A DNA stretch of 64,000 nucleotides from an uncultured delta proteobacterium (GTDB lineage: Bacteria; Myxococcota; Kuafuiibacteriia; Kuafuiibacteriales; Kuafuiibacteriaceae). This document shows, piece by piece, positions 44,738 to 54,625 of this stretch. Every line of letters begins with the position of its first letter. The stretch's first letter is position 1. Below the pieces are notes generated by a model. It was not told the DNA's origin. It searched no databases and saw only the letters and a list, made by a program, of their open reading frames with translations. The position numbers and the translations under genes were made by a program. The stretch is from positions 2,784,001 to 2,848,000 of the forward strand of contig CAWDML010000001.1 in assembly GCA_963803435.1 (NCBI GenBank). The letters are read 5' to 3'.

Positions 44738-47700
44738 AGCTGACCGACGCTTGCATCGACAAGCCGGTGTTCGCGTGGATGATCATGCTGGCGACGCTGG
44801 TCTTCGGCGGCGTGGCGGCGTCGCGGATCGGGATCAGCCAGTTCCCCGACGTCGACTTCCCCACGATCAGCGTCCAGATCAACTGGGAGGGTGCAGCGCC
44901 CGAGGCCGTCGAGCACGACGTGGTCGAGATCGCCGAGGAGGCGATCATCCAGGTGGAGGGCGTCCGCTCGATCTCGAGCACGTCCCGCCAGGGCGGCGCC
45001 ACCATCACCGTGGAGCTCGACGTCTCCCGCGACGTCGATGTGGCGCTGCAGGAGGTTCAGACCAAGCTCGCAGGCGCGCAGATGCGGCTCCCGAAGGATC
45101 TCGATCCTCCGATCGTCTCCAAGTCCAACCCCGAGGATCAGCCGATCATGTGGATCGGGCTCTCCGGGCCGTACTCGCCCCAGGTCCTGTCCGACTATGT
45201 CCGCTATCGCCTCAAGGAGAAGCTGCAGACGATCAAAGGCGTCGGCGAGATCATCCTGGGCGGATCGCTCGAGCGGAACGTCCGCATCTGGGTCGACGCC
45301 GACAAGCTGGACGCGCAGGGCCTCACCGTCACCGATGTGCTGGCGGCCCTGCAGCGCGAGCACGTCGAGATGCCGGCCGGCCGGCTCGAGGCCTTCGGGC
45401 GCGAGGTGAACGTCCGCGTCATGGGCGAAGCGCTCGACCTCGATCAGCTGCGCAACATCATCATCGAGCAGCGGAACGGCGCTCCGGTGCACCTGCAGGA
45501 CGTCGCGCTGGTGGAGGACGGTTTCGAGGACATGCGCCGGCTGTCGCGCGTGGGCGGCCAGACGGCGCAGGGCCTGGGTATCCGGAAGCAGCGCGGGGCC
45601 AACGCGGTGGCGGTGGCGCGGGCGGTCCGGGCGGAGCTCGACGCCGTGCGGCCGTCGCTCCCCGAGGGGATGGATCTGGGGATCAACTTCGACTCGACCC
45701 AGTTCATCGAGGAGTCGGTGGACGAGATGGAGTTCGAGCTGGTGCTGGCGGTCCTGCTGACCGCGCTGGTGTGCTGGATCTTCCTGGGCTCGCTCTCGAG
45801 CACGCTCAACGTCGTGCTGGCGATACCCATGTCGCTGCTCGGGACCATCGGCGCGATCTACTTCTTCGGCTTCACGCTCAACACGTTCACGCTGCTGGGG
45901 CTGGCGCTGGCGGTGGGCATCGTCGTCGACGACGCCATCATGGTGATGGAGAACATTTCGCGCCACTCGGAGATGGGGAAGAGCCGGGTCCGCGCGGCGC
46001 GCGAGGGGACCGCAGAGATCACGTTCGCGGCGCTCGCCGCCACCAGCGCGGTGATCGCGATCTTCGCACCGGTGATCTTCATGGAAGGGATCATCGGCGC
46101 GTTCTTCCTCCAGTTCGGCGTCACGCTGTCGATCGCAGTGCTCCTCTCGTATCTCGAGGCGATGACGCTGGCCCCGTCGCGCTCGGCGCAGCTGCTCCGC
46201 GCACACGGCGAACGCGAGACCGCCCTGGGCCGTGCGGTCGACCGGGCCTTCAAGAGCCTGGCGGCCCGCTACGAGTGGATGCTCGAGCGCGGACTCCGCC
46301 ATCCGGTGCTGGTGCTGGCCGGCGCGATCGGGCTGTTCGCGGCGACGTTCGGCGTCTTCCGAGTGCTCCCGACGGAGTTCGCGCCCTCGCAGGATCAGAG
46401 CCGCTTGATGCTGCGGCTGCAGACCGCGGTCGGGTCGAGCCTCGACGAGACCGACACGCTGTTCAAGCGTGCGGAGGCCATCGTCAACAGCAAACCCGAG
46501 CTCGATCGCGCGTTCGTGGTGGTCGGCGGCTTCCGCGGGGACGGCGTCAACTCCGGTATCATGTTCCTCACCCTGGTCCCGCCGCGGGAGCGCAAGCTCA
46601 CGCAGAACGAGTTCGGCGCGGTGCTGCGAAAGGAGCTGAACTCGATCCCGGGGTTGCGCGTGGTCGTCCAGGATCTCTCGCAGACCGGCTTCACCGCACA
46701 GCGCGGCTTCCCGGTGGAGCTGTCCGTGCGCGGTCCGGACTGGGATCAGCTGGTCGCGATCTCCAGCGACCTGCGCAGGAAGCTCACCGAGAGCGGCGCG
46801 GTGGTCGATCTCGACACGGACTATCAGGTCGGCATGCCCGAGCTGCAGATCGTGCCGGATCGCGCGCACGCCGCCGACCTCGGGGTCTCGGTGGTGGACA
46901 TCGCGAGCTCGATCAACGCGCTGATCGGCGGGATCCGGGTCGGGAAGTACTCGACCGGAGGTCGGCGCGTGGACGTTCGGCTGCGGTTGCTGTCCGAGCA
47001 GCGTTCGCGACCGGAGGACCTCGATCGCCTCTACGTGCGGAACTCGGCCAAGCAGCTGATCCCGCTCTCGACGCTGGTGACCCGGAAGGAGCGCCCGGTG
47101 TTGCAGACCATCACGAGGCGCGATCGCGAGCGCGCGATCGGCGTCTTCGGGAACGTGGCTGCGGGTCACTCGCAGGGCGAGGTGCTCGAGATGGTCGAGA
47201 AGCTCTCGCGCGATCTCCCGCCCGGCTACCACGTGGTCCCGGGCGGTGCGAGCGTCGCGTTCAAGGAGTCGATGACCGGCCTGATCTTCGCGCTGTTCCT
47301 CGGGATCGGCGTGGCGTACATGGTGCTCGCCTCACAGTTCAACTCGTTCCTGCACCCGCTCGCGGTGCTCTCGATCCTCCCGCTCGCGTTCGCCGGCGCT
47401 GCGTTCGGGCTGTGGTCGACCGGCGCGACGGTGAACATCTTCAGCATGATCGGCATCCTGCTGTTGATGGGGATCGTGAAGAAGAACTCGATCATCCTGG
47501 TCGACTACGCCAACATCATGCGCCGCGAAGGGCACGATCCGGTGGCCGCGATGCGCCTCGCGGGCCCCCGCCGGTTGCGTCCGATCCTGATGACCTCGGT
47601 GACCACGATGATGTCGGCGGTGCCCGCCGCGCTGGCGCTCGGTCCCGGTTCAGAGACCCGCGGGCCGATGGCGGCCGCCGTGCTGGGCGGGTTGATCGTG

Positions 47701-47814
47701 TCGACCGGCCTGAGCCTGCTGGTGGTGCCGGCGTTCTACGTGCTCCTGGAGCGGATCAAGGCGGCGCTCGGGTTCGGCGCCGTCGAGCCCGAGCACCAGC
47801 ACGATCTCGCGTAG
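44734..47814 (+). CDS. AcrB/MdtB-family RND permease
   Basis: IDKPVFAW, QFPDVDFPTISV, GIVVDDAIMVMENI, GIVKKNSIILVDY, RLRPILMTS; 1026 aa. Confidence 0.96.
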   Translation: MKLTDACIDKPVFAWMIMLATLVFGGVAASRIGISQFPDVDFPTISVQINWEGAAPEAVEHDVVEIAEEAIIQVEGVRSISSTSRQGGATITVELDVSRDVDVALQEVQTKLAGAQMRLPKDLDPPIVSKSNPEDQPIMWIGLSGPYSPQVLSDYVRYRLKEKLQTIKGVGEIILGGSLERNVRIWVDADKLDAQGLTVTDVLAALQREHVEMPAGRLEAFGREVNVRVMGEALDLDQLRNIIIEQRNGAPVHLQDVALVEDGFEDMRRLSRVGGQTAQGLGIRKQRGANAVAVARAVRAELDAVRPSLPEGMDLGINFDSTQFIEESVDEMEFELVLAVLLTALVCWIFLGSLSSTLNVVLAIPMSLLGTIGAIYFFGFTLNTFTLLGLALAVGIVVDDAIMVMENISRHSEMGKSRVRAAREGTAEITFAALAATSAVIAIFAPVIFMEGIIGAFFLQFGVTLSIAVLLSYLEAMTLAPSRSAQLLRAHGERETALGRAVDRAFKSLAARYEWMLERGLRHPVLVLAGAIGLFAATFGVFRVLPTEFAPSQDQSRLMLRLQTAVGSSLDETDTLFKRAEAIVNSKPELDRAFVVVGGFRGDGVNSGIMFLTLVPPRERKLTQNEFGAVLRKELNSIPGLRVVVQDLSQTGFTAQRGFPVELSVRGPDWDQLVAISSDLRRKLTESGAVVDLDTDYQVGMPELQIVPDRAHAADLGVSVVDIASSINALIGGIRVGKYSTGGRRVDVRLRLLSEQRSRPEDLDRLYVRNSAKQLIPLSTLVTRKERPVLQTITRRDRERAIGVFGNVAAGHSQGEVLEMVEKLSRDLPPGYHVVPGGASVAFKESMTGLIFALFLGIGVAYMVLASQFNSFLHPLAVLSILPLAFAGAAFGLWSTGATVNIFSMIGILLLMGIVKKNSIILVDYANIMRREGHDPVAAMRLAGPRRLRPILMTSVTTMMSAVPAALALGPGSETRGPMAAAVLGGLIVSTGLSLLVVPAFYVLLERIKAALGFGAVEPEHQHDLA

Positions 47815-47943
47815 CCGCTGCCTTTCGACCTGCGGGACCTGCGCTTCGGCGGGCCTGCCCTCGGCGGGACGGCCGTTATTCCGCCGAGCGGCGCTCGGCA
47901 TGACGGTTGCTTCATGCGGGCGCCGGGGAGGGATGCTCTTAAA

Positions 47944-48207
47944 ATGCGCCAGATCTGGGTCCTCTTGGTCCTGTGCGGGCTCCTGCCCGTCCTCGGCTGT
48001 CCGAATCAGGTCGTGCCTCCCCCGGATGACCCCCCACCGCCCAAGGGATCAGGCGTCCTGATCCAGGAGGCCAACCTGGCGCCCGCCACCGAGCGCGCCG
48101 AGGCCGGCCGCTACGTCATGCACGGGCATCTCAAGGCAAGCAGCGGTGAGCTGACGAAGAACGGATCTCACCAGATTCGCGGCGGCCTCGTGCCGCTCGC
48201 TCGATGA
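47944..48207 (+). CDS. Small putative lipoprotein
   Basis: [19 protein letters not shown], proline linker, short beta-rich tail; directly upstream of the collagen-like gene. Confidence 0.65.
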   Translation: MRQIWVLLVLCGLLPVLGCPNQVVPPPDDPPPPKGSGVLIQEANLAPATERAEAGRYVMHGHLKASSGELTKNGSHQIRGGLVPLAR

Positions 48208-48226
48208 GCTCGAGAGGGAGCACACC

Positions 48227-49906
48227 ATGAAGAGAGAGAGACTGGCGGCGGCCCTCGCGGTCGCGATCCTGGCGTCGGCACCGGCCGCGGCGAGCGCCGT
48301 CGAGCTGCCGTTCGAGGCCTTCCTCACCGACACGGACGACATGCCGATCAACGCGATGTTCGAGCTCGAGGAGCGGATCTACGACGAAGGCGGAACCGTC
48401 GTCTTCGAGGAGCGGCAGACGGTGATGGTCACCGCCGGCTACCTCTACCTCGACGTGGGGGCGGCAGCGGAGCTGGCTCCGTCCGTCTTCTCGATGGCGC
48501 GAGGAGAGCTCACGCTCGGGCTCACGATCGCGGGCGAGGACGAGTTCACGCCTCGGTTCCGGATCGGCATGGTGCCGTACGCGGTGCACGCGCTGACCAC
48601 TGACCAGGCAGGGCTCGAAGGCCCGCCCGGCGCCGACGGGCCCCCCGGCCTCGACGGCGTCTCGGTTACCTCGGAAGCGCTGCCGGTCGGTGATGCGAGC
48701 TGCCCGAATGGCGGCGTCGCGCTGACCTCGGCGAGCGGTGTCAACTACGCTTGCAATGGGCTCGACGGGAGCGCGTCGATCCACGTGACCTCGTTGCCGG
48801 TCGGTGATGCGAGCTGTCCGAACGGCGGCGTGCAGATCAACGCGTCGAACACGGTCAACTACGCGTGCAACGGGGACGTGGGGCCCACGGGCGTCGAGGG
48901 CGCCGTCGGACCCGCCGGGCCGGTCGGACCCACCGGACAGACCGGCGCAATCGGACCTGCCGGACCTGCCGGGCCTGCCGGACCCACGGGCGCGACCGGC
49001 GCGGTCGGACCCATCGGTCCTGGCGGACCTGCCGGGCCCGCGGGCGTGGTCGGACCCATCGGACCTGCCGGGCCTGCCGGACCCACGGGCGCGACCGGCC
49101 CCATCGGACAGGCCGGACCTGCCGGACCCACTGGACAGACCGGCGCCGTCGGACCTGCGGGGGCGGTCGGACCCATCGGCCCCGCCGGCGCGACCGGACC
49201 CGCCGGGGCGGTCGGACCCGCGGGACCTCAAGGCCCGCGCGGCCTGGTCGGACCCGCGGGACCCGCCGGCCCTCCCGCGATGGCCGGAACGCGGACGATG
49301 CAGTCGTGCGTCCTCAACGGGACGCAGGTGAGCTGCACGGGTCCGTGCACGTTCAACCAGAATAACGGGGACGTGACGTGCGGAAGCACCACGAACGCGA
49401 ACTGCCAGGGCGTCAACCTCGGCAACGGCCGATTCTGCTCCCTGAGCACGAACGACGCCTGCTACCTGTCGTGCATCGATAGCGCCAAGGGGGGTTGGGC
49501 GTTCGCCGAGTCGACGACGGGCGCCCGCCTGATCCCCATCCCGAACCAGGGCACGACCGGCCGCCTGTACGCCCAGCTGTCTCACCCGATCGTCGTCTGT
49601 CCGTACCGCCAGACGCCCTTCAAGCTCAACCTGGCGTTCTACGCCTATAACGGCGCCACGCTGCAGCCGATCTACTCCACCTCGTTCCTCACCAACGGCG
49701 GCGATCAAGGCCTCGCCCAGAGCTTCGTGAACAATGCGCCGCCGCTCGCCGGCGAGGCCGTGGTGACGCCGGGCGGCGCGTACAGCCTCTGGGTCTTCGT
49801 GAGCATCACCAGCACGGATCAGACGATCAACTGCTGGCTGGCGCGCCCCGCGAACGCGGCCAACGGCACGTTCCTCCGCTACACGCCCGCCGACACCGGC
49901 CTGTGA
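48227..49906 (+). CDS. Secreted collagen-like, fibre/adhesin-type protein
   Basis: Signal peptide, N-domain ending [13 protein letters not shown], two Cys modules, 45 uninterrupted Gly-X-Y triplets, Cys-rich region and C-terminal beta domain. Confidence 0.88.
   Translation: MKRERLAAALAVAILASAPAAASAVELPFEAFLTDTDDMPINAMFELEERIYDEGGTVVFEERQTVMVTAGYLYLDVGAAAELAPSVFSMARGELTLGLTIAGEDEFTPRFRIGMVPYAVHALTTDQAGLEGPPGADGPPGLDGVSVTSEALPVGDASCPNGGVALTSASGVNYACNGLDGSASIHVTSLPVGDASCPNGGVQINASNTVNYACNGDVGPTGVEGAVGPAGPVGPTGQTGAIGPAGPAGPAGPTGATGAVGPIGPGGPAGPAGVVGPIGPAGPAGPTGATGPIGQAGPAGPTGQTGAVGPAGAVGPIGPAGATGPAGAVGPAGPQGPRGLVGPAGPAGPPAMAGTRTMQSCVLNGTQVSCTGPCTFNQNNGDVTCGSTTNANCQGVNLGNGRFCSLSTNDACYLSCIDSAKGGWAFAESTTGARLIPIPNQGTTGRLYAQLSHPIVVCPYRQTPFKLNLAFYAYNGATLQPIYSTSFLTNGGDQGLAQSFVNNAPPLAGEAVVTPGGAYSLWVFVSITSTDQTINCWLARPANAANGTFLRYTPADTGL
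48872..49276 (+). repeat. Collagen Gly-X-Y tract (45 triplets)
   Basis: [15 protein letters not shown] ... GPA GPP, counted from the translation. Confidence 0.95.
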
Positions 49907-49918
49907 GCGAGGCGCGGC

Positions 49919-52432
49919 TCAGCTCTTCCGGCTCCACGCCATCAACCACGCCGGCATGAACACGATCGCCGCGAGGAGGGTCGTGATCTCGCCGAGAATG
50001 GCCACCTGCCCGAACGAGATCAGCCCTCCGTTGCGCGCGAACAGCAGCGAGCCGTAGCCCACGATCGTCGTCAGCGAGCAGAGGACGACCGCCCCACCGG
50101 TCGAGCTGATCGCGTGATAGGCCGCCATCACCGGATCGTTCGTCCCCCGTTCGATCAGATAGCGCGAGTACGTATTCACTGCGTAGTCGACGCCGATCCC
50201 GAAGGTGATCGGCAGCGCGATGAAGTTGAGGAAGTTGATCCGCAGATCGAGGAACCAGCACAGCGCGCCCAGCGTGCTGACGCCCACCAGGAGCGCCCCG
50301 ACCACCACGGCCACCCGGCCGGGGCGGCGGTAGGCGAAGAAGCAGAGCAGGATGACGCCGAAGAACGAGTACATGGTGGCGCGAGGTCCGTCGATGGCCA
50401 CCGACTCGAGCATGTCCGTGTAGATGACGTAGTTGCCGGACGAATGGACGACGCGCCCGTCCGGGAGCGGGATCGATCGCAGCACCTCTCCGGTCGCCCG
50501 GATCACGTCGACGTGCCACTGGTTGAGCTTGATGTTGGGATTCACCAGGACGACCAGCCCCTCGCGGCCGTCCAGCTCTCTGAAGTCGGACCGGATCGAC
50601 TCGGGTAGATCGGAGGCGGTGACCGAGACGATCTCCTCGGGCGGACGCAGCTCGAGGGCCCGCGCCCGCTGCGTCTCGGAGAGGTTGTCGAGCAGGTCGT
50701 CCGTCAGGAGGCCGCGGATCTCCCCGAGCACCGCGATCTTCTCCTTCTGCTGCTTCGGCACCAGCTTCTGGAGCGCGGCGACGTCGCCGATCGGGCTGGC
50801 GTCGCCGTCCTTCGCGATGAGCCCGTCGAGGTAGTCGATCACCGGCTCGACGTCCTCCGGCCGATCGACCAGCAACACCTGCGGCGTGATCGAGCGCCCG
50901 AAGAGCCCCTGGATCTTCTGCTGCCAGTACTCGGCGCCCTTCTCGGCGGCGAACGTGCTCCTCAGCTTCTGGAAGTTCTTCTCGAACGGATCCTGCAGGA
51001 ACTTGGTGGTGAAGACCGCGCCGGTGAGCCCGAGCGCGACGCCCAGGATCGCGAAGGCCGCCGGCAGCGCGCGGATGAAGCGCGCGGGGATCGAGGCCAG
51101 CATCCCCGGCGGGTAGAGCGAGATCTCGCGGCCCGGATCGGACGGCCAGCGGCGCTCCATCCAGATGATCAGCGCCGGCATGATCGCGAACGTCGCGAGC
51201 CAGCACAGGACCATGCCCAGGCCGCCGACGATCCCGAAGTGCTTGAACCCGAGGAAGTCCGTCGCGGTCAGCGATCCGTAGGCGATCGAGGCCGCCAGCG
51301 CGGCGGTCGACGTCCCCTGCACGGTGTAGCGCGCCGCCGTCCGCACCGCGCGCTCCACGTCGGTGCCGGTGCGCCGCTCCTCGATGTATCTCGCCAGCAG
51401 AACCAGGCCGAAGTTGATGCCATTGCCGGGGACGATCGGTCCGAGGAACGCCGAGGAGGCGTTGAGGTGGCCGACGAGGAAGTGGCTGAGGCCGAACGTC
51501 CAGGCGCAGCCCACGAACACCGGCAGCGCCAGGATGATCACCGCGCGCCAGCGCCGGTAGTATCCGATCACGAGCAGCGCCAGCAGGAAGAGCGTGATGA
51601 TCGAGGCGGTGATCAGATCCTCGACCAGCGCGTCCTGCTCCGCGATCAGGTTGGCAAGCTCTCCCGAATAGCCGACCTCCATCTTCGGATCGTGCGAGGC
51701 CGGATCGAGCTCGCGGACGATGCGCTCGATCGCTCCGAGGAACTGGCGGTTCCCGGCAATGCCGAAGCCGGTCCCTCTCCGGCTCACCAGCACCGCCACC
51801 CGGTGGCCGTCCTCACTCTCGAAGTAACCGCTGGGGAAGCGGGCCATCAGGCCCTGCTTGCTCTGGTACTTCTTCTCGATGTCGCTGAAGTCGAGCTCGA
51901 CGGGCTTCTTGTCCTCGAGATCCACCAGGAGCGGATTGGCTCGCGCCTTAGCGTCGTTGACCGCGTCCTCGACGCGCTCCTGGATCTCCTCCAGATCTTC
52001 GAGATCGACGTACAGCCACTTGTGCTGCTCGAAGAACGACTTCTCCTCGCCCAGCTTGTTGCGCACCGAGCGGATGTTGGGGAGCTTCTTGATGCCCTCC
52101 ACCAGCGCGTCGGAGAAGCGGCGGTTCGCCTCGCGGCTCGGAGATTCGATGGTGATGTTGAGATAGGATCGGCCGCCGAAGCGACGCTCCAGCTCGTTGA
52201 GCGTGAGCACGGATTGCGCGTTCGAGGGGAGGAGCTCCTTCACGTCGGCGCGCGTGTCGCCGAAGAGGCGCGCCGTCCAGTAGCCCATCGGCAACGTGGT
52301 GATGAGCGCGATCAGCAGGACGGTGCCGGGACGGCGGAGCACGACGGCGCCGGCGCGATCGAGGAGCGTAGGTCGAGTGATCAAGGCGCCCGAGAGTACA
52401 CCAATGTCCCCCGGTGAGGCTCGACACAGCAC
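49919..52432 (-). CDS. MMPL/RND-superfamily exporter (HpnN-like)
   Basis: Duplicated 1+5 TM architecture with periplasmic loops; GNGINFGLVLL and GIGVDYAVN; TGGAVVLCSLTTIVGYGSL. Start uncertain. Confidence 0.88.
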   Translation of the reverse strand: MLCRASPGDIGVLSGALITRPTLLDRAGAVVLRRPGTVLLIALITTLPMGYWTARLFGDTRADVKELLPSNAQSVLTLNELERRFGGRSYLNITIESPSREANRRFSDALVEGIKKLPNIRSVRNKLGEEKSFFEQHKWLYVDLEDLEEIQERVEDAVNDAKARANPLLVDLEDKKPVELDFSDIEKKYQSKQGLMARFPSGYFESEDGHRVAVLVSRRGTGFGIAGNRQFLGAIERIVRELDPASHDPKMEVGYSGELANLIAEQDALVEDLITASIITLFLLALLVIGYYRRWRAVIILALPVFVGCAWTFGLSHFLVGHLNASSAFLGPIVPGNGINFGLVLLARYIEERRTGTDVERAVRTAARYTVQGTSTAALAASIAYGSLTATDFLGFKHFGIVGGLGMVLCWLATFAIMPALIIWMERRWPSDPGREISLYPPGMLASIPARFIRALPAAFAILGVALGLTGAVFTTKFLQDPFEKNFQKLRSTFAAEKGAEYWQQKIQGLFGRSITPQVLLVDRPEDVEPVIDYLDGLIAKDGDASPIGDVAALQKLVPKQQKEKIAVLGEIRGLLTDDLLDNLSETQRARALELRPPEEIVSVTASDLPESIRSDFRELDGREGLVVLVNPNIKLNQWHVDVIRATGEVLRSIPLPDGRVVHSSGNYVIYTDMLESVAIDGPRATMYSFFGVILLCFFAYRRPGRVAVVVGALLVGVSTLGALCWFLDLRINFLNFIALPITFGIGVDYAVNTYSRYLIERGTNDPVMAAYHAISSTGGAVVLCSLTTIVGYGSLLFARNGGLISFGQVAILGEITTLLAAIVFMPAWLMAWSRKS

Positions 52433-52483
52433 TCCGTCTGGGTGATAGGGGGGCGTCCGAATGTTCTTCGCTCGGATCCATCC

Positions 52484-54625
52484 GTGGTGAGACCGCGCAC
52501 CCTCGCCGTCATCACTCTACTCGTCGGGCTCGCGCTCTGTCTGGCGCCTCGTCCGGGCGTCGACAACTCGGCAAACGCGCTGCTCGAGGCGGGCCACGAG
52601 GGCCTCTCCGATTACACCGAGTTCCAGCGGCTCTTCGGCACCGACGAGGTCATCGTAGCGCGGGTCGAGCATCCCGATCTGCAAGTTGTCCTGCAAGAAG
52701 TCTCGGAGCTGACCGAGCTCTTCCAGAACGACTCGACCATGGAGCGCGTGGTCTCCCCCACCCTCGTCTACCATGCCGAGCTCGACCTCCTCTCGGACGA
52801 GGACCTGGGAGGGATGGCGGAGCTCCCCCGGCTGGCGCCGAGGTTCCAGGGCCCGCTCAACCGCGCCCTCGAGCTGCTCGACACCGAACATCCCCGCGCC
52901 ACCATCTATGCCCTGGGCCGGGTCCTTCCCGCTCAGGAGCGCATCCCGCTCGCCAACGCCCTTGAGGCTCGCAAGCGCGCGTTCTCCGAGAAGGGCGGGC
53001 GGATCCTCCTGGCGGGGCCGGCGCTCCTCAACCTGGAGCTCGATCGGGCCGGCCGAGACGTCTCGGGGAAGGCGCTGCCGCTCCTCGCGCTGGTCGCGGT
53101 GGTGTTCCTCCTGTTGAACACGCGCAGCGTGATCCTCTCCACCGCGGTGCTCGGCACCACCGCGCTCGGCGTCTTCGCCGGCGACGGCGTGCTGGGGCTC
53201 CTCGGGATCTCGACCAACATCATCGTCGACATCAGCAAGCCGCTCCTCTTGGTGCTGATCCTCGCCTCCGGGCTCCACGTCGCGATCGCCTTCGTCCACG
53301 AGCGCCAGACCAACGCCACCCCCGCCGAGGCGGCGCGCACGGTGATCGCCGCGAAGCGTCGCGCGGTGGTCCTCGCCCTGCTCACCACCGCGATCGGGTT
53401 CGGGAGCCTGGCGGTCTCCTCGGTGGTGCCGATCCGGCGCTTCGGAATGATCGCCGCCGGCGGCTGCCTCTTCGGCATCCCGCTGGTGCTCGTGCTCCTG
53501 CCCGCGATCCTCGGCATCGTCGGTGGCCGCGTGCGCCCGCAGCCCGAGGGCCGGCTCGAGGCCTTCTCCGTCGCCACGATTCGCTTCTCGCGCGCGCATC
53601 GCGGCCCGATCATCGCGGTCGCGCTCCTGAGCCTGGTGGCGGGGACGCTGGCCCTGTTCCAGCTCACGCCCGATCCGCACGCGATCAAGTACTTCCCGAA
53701 GGATCATCCGCTCCGGGTCGACTACGAGGCGCTCGAAGCGTCGGGCCTGGGCCTGTCGACGCTCGAGCTGGTGGTGAGCTCGACCGCCGGGTTCCAACGG
53801 CGTGCCCAGCTCGACAAGCTCGACCGCGTCGCCGTGGAGGCCGGCGCCCTCCCCGGCATCCACGCCGCCGTCGCGCTGCCGCTGTTCATGCGCGAGGCCA
53901 GCTTCCGCGCCGGCGGGAATGATCAGATCCCCGAGCAGCCGTTGATCGATCAGGCGATGAAGGAGCGCGCATCGGAACTGTCCGACTTCCTGTCCGCCGA
54001 TCGGAAGAAGGCGCGCGTCTCACTTTTGATCGAGTCGCTCGACGCCGACCGCATCGACCAGCTCGACGCCGCGCTCCGCACGCTGGTCGCGCGAGAGCTG
54101 CCGGGCGCCGGCCTGCTGGTCACCGGCAACTACCGCCTGCTCCTGTCGACGCAGCGCAGCCTGATCGACACGATGAAGCAGAGCCTCCTCGGCACCGCGA
54201 TCCTGATGGAGCTGGCCTTCCTACTCCTCCTGCGGGCCCCCCTGCTCTCGCTGGCGGCGCTGGTGCCCAACGTCTTCCCGGTGGCGGTCAACTACCTCCT
54301 GATGTGGCTCCTGGGCATCCCTCTCGATCTGGGGACCGCGATGACGGGAGCGATCGCGCTGGGCATCGCGGTCGACAACACGTTCCACTTCATCGACGGC
54401 TGGCGCCAGCACGGCGCGGAGGCGACCGCCCGCAGCACCGGGCGCGCGATGATCGTGACCTCGATCGTGATCGGCGCCGGCTTCCTCTCGCTCCTGATCT
54501 CCGACTTCGGGCCGACGCGGAACTTCGGGATGCTCACCGGCATCGTCATGCTCTCCGCGCTCTTCGGCGACATGTGCGTGCTGACGCCGATGCTCGATCT
54601 GGTGGCGCGCCGGGGCGACGAATGA
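52484..54625 (+). CDS. MMPL/RND-superfamily exporter
   Basis: YTEFQRLFGTDE, LTTAIGFGSL, LVPNVFP, GIAVDNTFH, TGRAMIVTS, SDFGPTRNFG. Start approximate (GTG near 52484). Confidence 0.88.
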   Translation: MVRPRTLAVITLLVGLALCLAPRPGVDNSANALLEAGHEGLSDYTEFQRLFGTDEVIVARVEHPDLQVVLQEVSELTELFQNDSTMERVVSPTLVYHAELDLLSDEDLGGMAELPRLAPRFQGPLNRALELLDTEHPRATIYALGRVLPAQERIPLANALEARKRAFSEKGGRILLAGPALLNLELDRAGRDVSGKALPLLALVAVVFLLLNTRSVILSTAVLGTTALGVFAGDGVLGLLGISTNIIVDISKPLLLVLILASGLHVAIAFVHERQTNATPAEAARTVIAAKRRAVVLALLTTAIGFGSLAVSSVVPIRRFGMIAAGGCLFGIPLVLVLLPAILGIVGGRVRPQPEGRLEAFSVATIRFSRAHRGPIIAVALLSLVAGTLALFQLTPDPHAIKYFPKDHPLRVDYEALEASGLGLSTLELVVSSTAGFQRRAQLDKLDRVAVEAGALPGIHAAVALPLFMREASFRAGGNDQIPEQPLIDQAMKERASELSDFLSADRKKARVSLLIESLDADRIDQLDAALRTLVARELPGAGLLVTGNYRLLLSTQRSLIDTMKQSLLGTAILMELAFLLLLRAPLLSLAALVPNVFPVAVNYLLMWLLGIPLDLGTAMTGAIALGIAVDNTFHFIDGWRQHGAEATARSTGRAMIVTSIVIGAGFLSLLISDFGPTRNFGMLTGIVMLSALFGDMCVLTPMLDLVARRGDE

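Noticed and set aside
47883-47899. Hairpin GCCGAGC-GGC-GCTCGGC after the RND permease as a terminator
   Set aside because: It has no U-tract, and short GC hairpins are common by chance at this base composition.
44326-47903. Very long alternative-frame and antisense ORFs (e.g. 44751..47903, 44326..47232, 17836..20109, 25103..27298)
   Set aside because: These are shadow ORFs expected in GC-rich DNA. They are R/G/A-rich, lack motifs, and overlap well-supported genes.
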